NCBI GenBank assembly: GCA_965216565.1
Contig: OZ244170.1
Coordinates: 2,112,001 to 2,176,000 of the forward strand
From: Bythopirellula sp.
GTDB taxonomy: Bacteria > Planctomycetota > Planctomycetia > Pirellulales > Lacipirellulaceae
Reading direction: 5' to 3'
Length of the DNA stretch: 64,000 bases
The notes below the pieces were generated by a model. The model saw only the letters and a program-made list of their open reading frames with translations, did no database searches and had not been told where the DNA came from. Every line of letters begins with the position of its first letter. Position 1 is the stretch's first letter. Shown piece by piece: positions 47,533-56,515 of the stretch. The position numbers and the translations under genes are program-made.

Positions 47533-49242
47533 TTAACTAACCAACTCACCCCAGTTAGCATCGAAGTTCTTTTTGCATTTGGGGCAGCGGACGCGTTGGC
47601 CCAGGAATTTCTGCGGGGCACTCTTGCCATGCTCGCACGCGGGACAACGCAGATAGAATTGTAACGCATCGCCATTAGATAGTTGCTCTTTGGCGTTGGC
47701 ACTAAGGTGTTCGAATTCAATGTCCCCGGCTTCCAGTGTCGTCAATTGCTCTACCGACAGATCTGCGATTCGTACGATGCGATTCGCCATGTGCCTAATT
47801 GCGAGCTCAAAAATATTGCGGACCGTGCGACCGTTACCAAAATGTTCGTCGCGATCCTTGTGCAGATCATGAAACCCCACGATCACTTTGGCTCTGGCTT
47901 CTGGTGGGAGCTCATAATGGTTCTTATCGCACATCTGACCGAAGATCTCAGCCAGCTCCAACGCTGAGTAGTCCTCGAAATCCAAATTGCGGCTAAACCT
48001 CGAACTCAGCCCCGGGTTGCTGCCCAGCAACTGTCGCATTTCGACTGGGTAGCCAGCCAATATCACAACCAGCCGATCGCGCTCGTCCTCCATCCTCTTC
48101 AATAAGACTTGAATCGCCTCTTGGCCGTAGGGATCGTCGCTCTCGGAAGAAATTAACGAATAGGCCTCATCAACGAACAACACGCCATCGAGGGCCTCGT
48201 TAATTTTTTCTTCAGACTTCAAACTAGTCTGCCCTGCATAGCCAGCCACGAGTCCCGAACGGTCGGTTTCTATCAGATGCCCTTTTTCCAGGATCCCCAT
48301 CGCACCAAATACTTTGCCAAGAACTCGCGCGATAGTTGTTTTGCCGGTTCCTGGGTTGCCGTGGAAAACCATGTGCAAACTCAGCGGCGTTGTCGGCAGG
48401 CCAGCCGATTCGCGGTGACCTTGAACCTTTAGATAATTGGCTAGAGTGCGGACTTCCTGCTTGATATTCCCCAATCCAATCAGCCGATCGAGGTCAGCCA
48501 AAGCTTCGTCCAACAGCTCTTCAGCAGATTTTTGGGGAACCGATTCCGGCTCGTCGCGTTTCAGCTCCGAAGCTTCCAATTGTTTGTCATCGTCGGCGGT
48601 GGCTTGAGTTTGGGTGGCTGAATGGCCGCCTGCTGCCGGCAATCGCGCGGCCTCCTGATACATGCTGTCGATCGTTTGCTTCTGCGCCACCGATGCCTGT
48701 TCGTGCTGGTCGGGCTCGTCGATGGGAATCTGACGAAGGTGCAAGTAGAGTTCGTCTTGAATCATTTTCACGCAAGCCAACTCCGTGGCAGCCGGCGGTC
48801 CATCAATACGAGCTATCAGATTGGCAAGTCGCGTGACGATTGTTTCCAATTGGCCAACACGATTTCTTAACGCGGCGATTTGATCGAAGGGCCTTACCAG
48901 TGAGTACCACTTGAGCGAGAGCGCCTTGGCAGACATTTGCTGGACAACCTGTTTCAGTCGATCGCCGTCCAAGCGTTGCCCCCAAAGATGTTCGACCATT
49001 TCGACTGCCAAGAGACGTTCGTTCATGCTCCAGCGTCGATCCGCTTCGCAGATGGTGATGAATACCTTTAACAGTAGCGCACGATGCAGGTCTTCCATTA
49101 ATTGACGAAAATGGTCCCCGCCCTTGGGAAGCAGATCTGGGCATTCGGTGGCGCAGAGGTCGCCGCTCGATACGTAAAGCTCTCTGCATTCTTCGAGCAG
49201 GGTGCGAAATTGGGCTGCATTGAAATCGGCCATGCCGACCAT
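47533..49242 (-). CDS. AAA ATPase (CbxX/SpoVK-like) with TerB-like N-terminus and C-terminal Zn-ribbon
   Basis: LIGLGNIKQEV, HMVFHGNPGTGKTT, LVAGYAGQT, VLFVDEAY, NPGLSSRF, FGNGRTVRN; CPAC..CPKC at the C-terminus. Confidence 0.85.
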   Translation of the reverse strand: MVGMADFNAAQFRTLLEECRELYVSSGDLCATECPDLLPKGGDHFRQLMEDLHRALLLKVFITICEADRRWSMNERLLAVEMVEHLWGQRLDGDRLKQVVQQMSAKALSLKWYSLVRPFDQIAALRNRVGQLETIVTRLANLIARIDGPPAATELACVKMIQDELYLHLRQIPIDEPDQHEQASVAQKQTIDSMYQEAARLPAAGGHSATQTQATADDDKQLEASELKRDEPESVPQKSAEELLDEALADLDRLIGLGNIKQEVRTLANYLKVQGHRESAGLPTTPLSLHMVFHGNPGTGKTTIARVLGKVFGAMGILEKGHLIETDRSGLVAGYAGQTSLKSEEKINEALDGVLFVDEAYSLISSESDDPYGQEAIQVLLKRMEDERDRLVVILAGYPVEMRQLLGSNPGLSSRFSRNLDFEDYSALELAEIFGQMCDKNHYELPPEARAKVIVGFHDLHKDRDEHFGNGRTVRNIFELAIRHMANRIVRIADLSVEQLTTLEAGDIEFEHLSANAKEQLSNGDALQFYLRCPACEHGKSAPQKFLGQRVRCPKCKKNFDANWGELVS

Positions 49243-49303
49243 TATCGGACAGAAACTGCCGCGGGCAAAGTCCTAAGCCGCCTGAGCAGGAATTCGATGT
49301 TGG

Positions 49304-49936
49304 CTAAACCAATCCCTTGCGGACGGCCCAAACTGCGGCTTGCGTGCGGTCGGAGACACCGACTTTTCGCAAAATGTGTTGGACGTGTTCCTTCACCGTT
49401 TCGTAACTAATCGACAAGGCTTGGGCAATTTCGCGATTACTAAGCCCTAAGGCCAGTTGTTTGAGCACTTCGCTCTCGCGTTTGGTCAGCGGGACTTCCA
49501 GGTCGACCGCAGCGCGAGGTGTGGAAAGTGCGCCGGTCACACGTCGCAATTCATCGCGTCTCCAGATAGCCTCGCCAGCAGAAGCACGGCGAATCGCCGA
49601 GAGAATTTCTTCTTTGCTGGCAGTCTTTACAACATAGCCCAAGGCACCCAAGGCCACTGCGCGGGCGATGTACGTGGGATTGTCGTACGCACTGAACATC
49701 AGCACCGATAAGTTGGGCATCTCGGTCCTGAGCCGACCGAGGCAAGTGATACCATCGGCACCTGGCATACGGACATCGAGTAAGACAATATCGAGATTGT
49801 GCTGCGAGGCCAGGGCGAAAGCCTCGTTTCCATCAGAAGCCTCAGCCACAATCTCAATCTCGGTATCGGCGGTCATACTCCGCACGCCGGCCCGAACTAC
49901 GGCATGATCGTCGGCGATCAACAAGCGAATGGCCAT
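49304..49936 (-). CDS. NarL/LuxR family response regulator
   Basis: LLIADDH, LLDVRMP receiver domain; LTKRESEVL...GLSNREIA..L.IS.ETVKEHV HTH. Confidence 0.95.
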   Translation of the reverse strand: MAIRLLIADDHAVVRAGVRSMTADTEIEIVAEASDGNEAFALASQHNLDIVLLDVRMPGADGITCLGRLRTEMPNLSVLMFSAYDNPTYIARAVALGALGYVVKTASKEEILSAIRRASAGEAIWRRDELRRVTGALSTPRAAVDLEVPLTKRESEVLKQLALGLSNREIAQALSISYETVKEHVQHILRKVGVSDRTQAAVWAVRKGLV

Positions 49937-50455
49937 TTTTCTGACCTCTCTTTTGTGGATGCGTTTGCCACTTGGGCCCTGCAGACGATTCGCAGAATGT
50001 TATTCCACGTCGCTACCACAATGCTCAAATACGAATACCACTACGAGTAGCACACCCAACTTCGAGCCAGGCGAACTACGATATTGCTTTGCCGACAATT
50101 GCTCTCCTCTGCCGACATCGACTCGATTAGTCATTGCTTGCCGCATTCACCTCGACACTTTGACACCCCAAGAGGTGTCGGCCGCGGCGCGTTCCTTGCG
50201 ACAAGCGTGCTCTTATCCTAGAGAGGGCCTGGAATTCCCCCTGATTTGGGGAAAACCCACCCCCTAACCCTTACCTTATCAAGAATTGAAATCCAAGCAA
50301 TGCTTTTTAAGTCCTAATAATGACCCTCGCCAGATTCTCAAACGTCGACAAATGCCTGACATAGGTGTCGAAATCTCCATCCGCCAATATTTTTTTCAAG
50401 ACTTTGGTTTTTCCCATTTTGTACTGGTCATAAAACTTCGATCTCACCATTCAGG

Positions 50456-50484
50456 TTTACACTGAAAAGCAATTCTCACATACT
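50456..50484 (+). promoter_or_regulatory. Putative sigma70-type promoter
   Basis: TTTACA-N17-CATACT about 60 nt upstream of ATG 50546. Confidence 0.4.
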
Positions 50485-50545
50485 CGTCAGCTTGAATCGT
50501 ATTTCCCGCCAAGATATTGCCCTCCGAAAAACGCACCGGCTACCT

Positions 50546-51391
50546 ATGCCTACCCGTCCACCAAAGCCCAGCCATCGGCTTTCTATGAACGAAGTGACGA
50601 CCTTTCGTTGGTCGTTTGAAGAAGACGTTTGGCATTATGTTCAGGCAGGGTACGAAGCAATTGGCATCTGGCGACAAAAGCTCTCCGACTATGGCGAAGA
50701 ACGGGGAGTCGATTTGGTTGCTGAGAGCAAGCTGCACGTGACCAATCTCCACTGGGCCGGCGGATTCACTGGTAACGAAGGCAAATCGTTACAAGAAGCT
50801 ATCGACGATGCAGCCCATGCCATCCGTCTCGCCGGAGCGTTAGACGCTGGTTGCCTGGTCGTCTATCCGGGCGGCAGAAACAACCATACCTTTCGTCATG
50901 CCAAGCGGTTGCTAACCGAGGCGATCGAACAGCTGCTGCCACTGGCGGAAGCATCCGATGTTGTCCTGGCCTTCGAGCCCATGCACCCCGCCTGCGCTAC
51001 GCAGTGGACCTTCATGACCAACTTGGCAGAAACGGTTAGCTTCTTGGAAAGCTTCCACTCTCCGCACCTGAAAATCATTCTCGATGTGTACCATTTTGGC
51101 CAGGATAAGAACTTTCTCGAAGAATTGCCGAACCTCGTCAACCATGCGGCACTCGTACAGTTAGGAGATCGCCGCTCCGATCATAAGAGCGAACAGAATC
51201 GCTGTCGGCTTGGTCATGGCAAGCTTCCCTTAGCTCGGATCGTCCAGCAGTTAATCGCGGCGGGCTACGCGGGAGATTTCGACATAGAATTGGTTGGACA
51301 GGACGTGCAACTATGCGACTATGAATACCTGCTGCAAGACTCCAAACAGAGCTTTCAGCAGATGCTTTCGCCAGTTCGAAAAGACGCATAG
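50546..51391 (+). CDS. Sugar phosphate isomerase/epimerase (xylose-isomerase-like TIM barrel)
   Basis: LSMNEVTTFRWSF, LAFEPMHP, LDVYH, LVQLGD, RCRLGHG, FDIEL. Confidence 0.85.
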   Translation: MPTRPPKPSHRLSMNEVTTFRWSFEEDVWHYVQAGYEAIGIWRQKLSDYGEERGVDLVAESKLHVTNLHWAGGFTGNEGKSLQEAIDDAAHAIRLAGALDAGCLVVYPGGRNNHTFRHAKRLLTEAIEQLLPLAEASDVVLAFEPMHPACATQWTFMTNLAETVSFLESFHSPHLKIILDVYHFGQDKNFLEELPNLVNHAALVQLGDRRSDHKSEQNRCRLGHGKLPLARIVQQLIAAGYAGDFDIELVGQDVQLCDYEYLLQDSKQSFQQMLSPVRKDA

Positions 51392-51425
51392 CAGCAATTG
51401 ATTAGTTGCACGGTAAGCTTTCAAT

Positions 51426-51860
51426 ATGGATCGTGATCTCATCGTTACCGAAAACGTCCGGATTCCCGCTGCAGAGATTTCACTTTCCTACGCCCGCAGC
51501 TCAGGGCCCGGCGGCCAAAATGTTAACAAAGTCAACAGCAAGGCGGTCTTGAAATGGAATGTCGCAGCCTCGCCAAGTCTTTCCAATGGAGTGAAGTCGC
51601 GGTTCTTCGAGCGCTACTCAAAGCGAGTGAACCAATTGGGCGAAGTCGTCCTCGCTAGCGATCGATTCCGCGATCAACCGCGCAACGTCTCCGATTGTTA
51701 CGAGAAGCTCCGCCAACTCATCCACTCGGTGCTGGTCCCGCCGCGAAAAAGAATCAAAACTCGACCTTCTAAAGGTTCAGTTCAGCGTCGTCTTACCAAC
51801 AAGCGTCACCGCTCGCAAAAAAAGCAGTCTCGACAGTTTCGCGAAGGCAACGACGAGTAG
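51426..51860 (+). CDS. arfB: Alternative ribosome rescue peptidyl-tRNA hydrolase ArfB
   Basis: RSSGPGGQNVNKVNSKA, R.Q..N, basic tail RIKTRPSKGS..RRL..K. Confidence 0.95.
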   Translation: MDRDLIVTENVRIPAAEISLSYARSSGPGGQNVNKVNSKAVLKWNVAASPSLSNGVKSRFFERYSKRVNQLGEVVLASDRFRDQPRNVSDCYEKLRQLIHSVLVPPRKRIKTRPSKGSVQRRLTNKRHRSQKKQSRQFREGNDE

Positions 51861-52285
51861 GCGATCTAGGCAATTTAATCGACAGACTCTGATTGCCATA
51901 AATTCGTTTTAAACACGCATTCGGGTGGAATCACGCAGTTTTTGCACTAACTCCATCGGGTGGAAAGCTAGTCAGATGGCATGCCCCCAGGTTAAACTGA
52001 AGAGCCTCATCACTACCAGCCAGCCGTATCATCTGACGTTCATTCCTATTTCTTCCAGCTGGCAGTAAGTTTGGCCCGCTTCGCCGTGCGATTCTATTTG
52101 TCTGTGACTTAGCAGTTGCTTAGGCACCAGCAATAGTCGCCCGTGATATCGCCTACAGGAACTGGGGCACGCTGGGGTTTAAGGGGAATCGAAACGCAAT
52201 GTTTGCCCGCGGTGGCGGGTTGTTGTGTCTCGGCGGTCAAGGAATTCGTCCACCCGTCGGACATATTGGATAGGAGGAAATGATC

Positions 52286-52750
52286 ATGCAAGGTACCGAA
52301 TCACATACCACTCTCAACGCGGCATGGATGGAACATCAGATTCTCGAGCACATCAAAAAAGCACTACGAGTTACCCTGGATTGGAAAGTGCCCTCGGTGG
52401 GCGCTCAGCAAAAGCTCTCTAGCATGCAATTCACTCTCCAGTCGTTCCAACGTCATCTAGAACGTTTGATGACCATGGAAGAAGAAGACGGCTATCTGCT
52501 GCTGGTTGCCGAGTCCAAACCCAATCTGAGCACGCGGGTCGAGCGTCTCGCTTCGGATCACCAGATCTTCCGAGAATCGATCGAACATCTACTCCCCGAG
52601 ATGGAAACGCTCAGTTCCTATGATTCCGAGCATTTCGATCGCATCTGCAATCAAGTCAACAGCCTTCTCGAAAGTGTCGACCAGCACGATCATGATGAGA
52701 TCGAGCTGCTAAACGATGCCTTCCTCTGCGATGAAGGCGGCGAAGGCTAG
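52286..52750 (+). CDS. Hemerythrin-like domain protein
   Basis: EH, HL...EE.DGY, DH, HDHDE spacing typical of hemerythrin; AGGAGG Shine-Dalgarno 8 nt before ATG 52286. Confidence 0.7.
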   Translation: MQGTESHTTLNAAWMEHQILEHIKKALRVTLDWKVPSVGAQQKLSSMQFTLQSFQRHLERLMTMEEEDGYLLLVAESKPNLSTRVERLASDHQIFRESIEHLLPEMETLSSYDSEHFDRICNQVNSLLESVDQHDHDEIELLNDAFLCDEGGEG

Positions 52751-52944
52751 CTTTGACTCTCGTGAACTACGGGGTTGTTGGGCGTCAATCGGCACTTGGT
52801 CGGCGGCAGCAAACCTAGAGATTTAAGCTCTTGCTTCGCAGAAAATCTGACTGCACGTCTCTTCACTCATTGCCAGTCTGGCTACAATAAAAATAGAGCG
52901 TATGCGCTAGCTTCGCCATCGATTGATTTGCAACTTAAGGTGCC

Positions 52945-53688
52945 ATGTCTGAACACGCGCACAAATTTGATGAAATTCTCGAAGAATGGGCTTTTGAGTC
53001 GGGCCAAGTCCAAGTCCGGCAAATAGAGGGCGAGGATGGGCGCGACCTCATCCAAATGCGGGTCGATATGGGCCTACTGCAGATGGAAGTTACAGGACGC
53101 CCCGATGGCCAGGCCCCCGAAGGGTTCGAAACATACTTCGACTACTTGGTGGCCCAGGCTTTTGAAGAGGGTGACAGCTTCCGACTCGACGACGACCAAT
53201 GTACGGAGGTCGATCGCGAATTCTATCAGTTCTACCACCGTCGAATCTGCTGGCTCACGTTGCGCGAATATGCCGCGGCGATAAAGGATGCTTCGCACAC
53301 GATTGCCATGATGGATTTCACATCGGCATACGCCCCCGACCCCGAGTGGTCGCTAGTGCACGAGCAGTACCGCCCCTTTGTGATGTTCCACAGAATTCAA
53401 GCTACCGCGCTTATGCACTTGGAGGACAACGATCCCGAGTCGGCCGTCAAAGCCATCGACGAAGGACTCAAAGAGCTGATGCAGGTATTCGAGAAGCATG
53501 AAGCTGGCGAGTATTTCGAAGAAGACAGTTTTGTGCAAAAACTGCAAGAGATGCGCGTCGCGATCGTAGATCAGTACGAGCTGGGCCCCACACTGGCCGA
53601 GCAATTGGCCAAGGCGATTGAAAGCGAGCAGTACGAGCTAGCCGCCAAACTCCGCGACCGCATGACCCGACCCGGGGGGTCGGCCTAG
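52945..53688 (+). CDS. UvrB/UvrC-motif-containing protein (PVC-type conserved protein)
   Basis: IQMRVDMGLLQME..GRPDG, QFYHRR; C-terminal L..AIESEQYELAAKLRD. Confidence 0.8.
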   Translation: MSEHAHKFDEILEEWAFESGQVQVRQIEGEDGRDLIQMRVDMGLLQMEVTGRPDGQAPEGFETYFDYLVAQAFEEGDSFRLDDDQCTEVDREFYQFYHRRICWLTLREYAAAIKDASHTIAMMDFTSAYAPDPEWSLVHEQYRPFVMFHRIQATALMHLEDNDPESAVKAIDEGLKELMQVFEKHEAGEYFEEDSFVQKLQEMRVAIVDQYELGPTLAEQLAKAIESEQYELAAKLRDRMTRPGGSA

Positions 53689-53747
53689 GCTCTTTCCTAC
53701 GAAACTCGTAGAAGTAGATTCGACAGATAGAGTTCGATCCTTCTCAC

Positions 53748-53802
53748 TAGCCGGAGGCACACTTGCCTCCGGGATTTGTCGGATCGCATGGCGATCCGGC
53801 TA
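53748..53802. repeat. REP-like double-hairpin element between convergent genes
   Basis: CCGGAGGCA-CACT-TGCCTCCGG and GTCGGATCGC-ATG-GCGATCCGGC hairpins, bounded by the inverted repeat TAGCCGGA...TCCGGCTA. Confidence 0.6.
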
Positions 53803-53882
53803 TTGGGGTTCTCTAACCAGTTGACTCTGAAATCTTAGCACTGGGCTCATAACTCTCAGCTTCTAACTTCAAGAGAGCGCAT

Positions 53883-53916
53883 AAAAACACACGCGACGCA
53901 AAACGCCGCGTGTGTT
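53883..53916 (-). terminator. Intrinsic terminator for the 53948-54478 gene
   Basis: Minus strand AACACACGCG-GCGTTTTGCGT-CGCGTGTGTT followed by TTTAT. Confidence 0.75.
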
Positions 53917-53947
53917 CGATTTCAAAATAATGGACGTTCCGCAAACC

Positions 53948-54478
53948 TTACGGTTCGGCTGGAGCGTCGTCGTCGTCGGCAACGGCGATAGGAATCGCGA
54001 TCGCGGCACCGATAGCAGCGGCACACATGATTGGATGGTCGGCACACCACTGAGCAGCCGATGTGAACGGCCCAGGTGTGTTTCCGTACTGACCACGCAC
54101 AACGTCTTGGCCAACAACCATGGTCACGCCTTGCTTGGCTACCGGAGGTGCTGTGTTAGGAGCCCACACACGGTAGGTTCCTTCCTGGCCTCGTGAAGCT
54201 ACGCTGTAGACTCCACCACGCAAGTTAGGCACGGAGAAGTTACCTTTCTGGTCGGTATGCACGCGGGCGATTTCGCCTTCGTGACTGGCCAGAGTTACAA
54301 GTGCCATCGGTTGCGTCTTGCCTTGTGCGTCGACAACCTGTCCGACAAGTACATTGCCAGCCTGCATCACAACGTCGCTGGGTGCGATAGCAACTTCCGC
54401 ACTAGCCAATGCTGGCGACAGCAACATACTCAGGCATGCCAATCCGGCAGCCCAGTTGTTCAAAATACTAATCTTCAT
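53948..54478 (-). CDS. Secreted carboxypeptidase-regulatory-like (prealbumin-fold) domain protein
   Basis: Signal peptide; GQVVDAQG, TDQKGNFSV..LRGGVY, YRVWAPNTAPP; hydrophobic C-terminal segment AAIAIPIAV. Confidence 0.7.
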   Translation of the reverse strand: MKISILNNWAAGLACLSMLLSPALASAEVAIAPSDVVMQAGNVLVGQVVDAQGKTQPMALVTLASHEGEIARVHTDQKGNFSVPNLRGGVYSVASRGQEGTYRVWAPNTAPPVAKQGVTMVVGQDVVRGQYGNTPGPFTSAAQWCADHPIMCAAAIGAAIAIPIAVADDDDAPAEP

Positions 54479-54643
54479 TTTCGTTCCATCCTCCGGTTAT
54501 GAATCGTTCCAACGACTCATTGCTTGATGCACCCCTGCAACCATGCAAAAAGTGAATAATCTATGTCCCGATTGTTTCTGACGGTCTGCAAGCATCTCTT
54601 GCGATCGCCCATTTCGGGATTGGCTTTACAGTCTGTGTTTGAT

Positions 54644-54670
54644 TTATCGGTATTAGCTTCCTCTTCTCTA
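54644..54670 (-). promoter_or_regulatory. Putative sigma28/FliA-type promoter
   Basis: Minus strand TAGA-N15-ACCGATAA (consensus TAAA-N15-GCCGATAA), upstream of gene 54478. Confidence 0.4.
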
Positions 54671-54800
54671 CAGACGCATCTCTCAGGTGAGCATCAATTC
54701 GGTTGAATTAGGTGATTTACTTAGGCCGACGGAACCCCTAGTCCGCCTATCTTCACTACATGCCACAGTCTTCAAATCCGTGTCTGCTGTTCGAATCGGA

Positions 54801-55607
54801 CTAAGCCCGACCTCTCCATTTCTTGAAGTGCCGCACAAGCTGTTTCTCAGGACTGGGAACCGAGTCTACCAACCGCTGCGAAAGCTGCCCCGGAGGCGCT
54901 CCGCGCTGGATGTCTCTCAAATAGTGAACCAACGCCCGATGAGCGGGGAGCGGGCCGTGCAACATAAAATGGACCCATGCCCAGGCGAATCGGTATTCTT
55001 CCCCACCCATGTCTTCCAGCTCTGCGCACTCCTCTAGCGAATCGACACCCCGCACCATGCCGAACCGTAAGTTCCAGCGTAGCTTAGTCATATGGGGATG
55101 AGAAAATGCTCGCTCGGATTCGGGCATTTCGAAATACTCCGCCAACCCCTCATCGAGCCATAAAGGCACCATCGGCAAGTTGGCGTGCAACAAGGCGTGG
55201 GTACATTCGTGGCGGAGATCCACCGCGAGTTCTGGCTGCCAAAATGCAAAAACGCTACCTCGGCCGGACCGTTGAACAAACAGTGCCCGCCGGTACGGCA
55301 CTCGTGGATAGAGCTCGCCAAGCGTCCGACGATAGGAATCTTCGTTGTCGAACAGATAAACATCGATCGACTGCCTGGCTGGCGGTACGGCCAGCGTTCG
55401 TTGTAGCTCCTGCTCAAGTGACGAAAGATCTTGAAACAACGGCACCATGTTTTCCATGGGAAACGTTGCGTGGAACTGAAACGGCCCGTGGCTGCGATGA
55501 TCGGCCCATTGGGTAGCGGCGCTCGCTGGCAATCCAGCAAACGTCCATTGCGAAGCAACCGCTGCACTTCCCCAAGCCAAAAAGTTTCGCCGCGAGAGCA
55601 AATCCAT
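54801..55607 (-). CDS. DUF1570-like Tat-exported HExxH zinc-metallopeptidase-like protein
   Basis: SRRNFL; LRHECTHALLH; PLWLDEGLAEYFE; Y..AWAWVHFMLHG. TGATG overlap with the upstream gene. Confidence 0.78.
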   Translation of the reverse strand: MDLLSRRNFLAWGSAAVASQWTFAGLPASAATQWADHRSHGPFQFHATFPMENMVPLFQDLSSLEQELQRTLAVPPARQSIDVYLFDNEDSYRRTLGELYPRVPYRRALFVQRSGRGSVFAFWQPELAVDLRHECTHALLHANLPMVPLWLDEGLAEYFEMPESERAFSHPHMTKLRWNLRFGMVRGVDSLEECAELEDMGGEEYRFAWAWVHFMLHGPLPAHRALVHYLRDIQRGAPPGQLSQRLVDSVPSPEKQLVRHFKKWRGRA

Positions 55608-56404
55608 CAACTGGCTTCCCTCCTGGAGAATACACTTTTCCAGCCACCACGCTTTTTAATTGTGCGTCGACCCGCCGGCACTCGCTGCTTGCGAGCCACG
55701 AGGCCAGGGTAAATCGAACAAAGATCTATGGCCGTCTGTTGATCGGTAAGCTCCGCCACACGGTCGAAGGCACGACGCATTAGCGGACGTCGCGATTTCA
55801 TGCCATGAGCATCGGTTGAGATAAAGTGAACCAGTCCCTCGGAAAGCATGCACTCGCTGAGTTGCTGCGAGGAGGAACCAAAAGTCCCCATCAGGCTACC
55901 GGCGGTAACTTGCATCAAACAGCCAGCGTCGACGAGAGGACCAAGTATTTCGCAATCGCGAAGGATGCCTCGATTTCTTTCGGGATGCGACAAAATGCCA
56001 ATCAAACCCTGGCGGCTGAGTGCATCGAGAATTCCTTCCAAAGGAAAATAGAGTTCGTGTGGAAGTTCCAGCAGCACGTGGCCGCCCAGGTCGCCCAGGG
56101 AAAGCACTTCGCCGCTGGCCAGCTTTTCGAGCATACCGTCTTCGATCCGAACATCTGCCCCTGGCATGACTTCTAAAGGGATCCCCTGTTCGCGAAGTAC
56201 GTCTTGCATCTGCTTCACGAGGCGTCGGATATCATCCCCTTGGTTGTGAGCAAAGTTTCCGAGCTGATGCGGAGTGACGATCACCGTTTGCGTGCCGTCG
56301 GAAACCGCCATCCTCGCCATCTCCAACGACTCCTGCCAATCGGCAGCGCCATCGTCGATGCCGGGCAGCATATGGCAATGTATGTCTACGAAACCACCAT
56401 CCAT
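55607..56404 (-). CDS. PHP-family protein-tyrosine phosphatase (CpsB/CapC/YwqE-like)
   Basis: DIHCHMLPGIDDGA, VTPH, LLELP, HPERN, QVTAGSL.G.FG, STDAH. Confidence 0.9.
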   Translation of the reverse strand: MDGGFVDIHCHMLPGIDDGAADWQESLEMARMAVSDGTQTVIVTPHQLGNFAHNQGDDIRRLVKQMQDVLREQGIPLEVMPGADVRIEDGMLEKLASGEVLSLGDLGGHVLLELPHELYFPLEGILDALSRQGLIGILSHPERNRGILRDCEILGPLVDAGCLMQVTAGSLMGTFGSSSQQLSECMLSEGLVHFISTDAHGMKSRRPLMRRAFDRVAELTDQQTAIDLCSIYPGLVARKQRVPAGRRTIKKRGGWKSVFSRREAS

Positions 56405-56515
56405 GGCACGTTCCAGGCTTGCTCTTGGCGAATCCGCTCTGAGCGTTTTGAGAAGAAGTTATTGGTAGAAAAGCGGGCGGGATTGTAGCGGAAGGCTTGT
56501 GAGCGTCAATACAGA

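Noticed and set aside
51921..51965. Direct repeat TCGGGTGGAA x2
   Set aside because: Only two 10-nt copies; too short for a CRISPR array and not distinguishable from chance or a simple operator.
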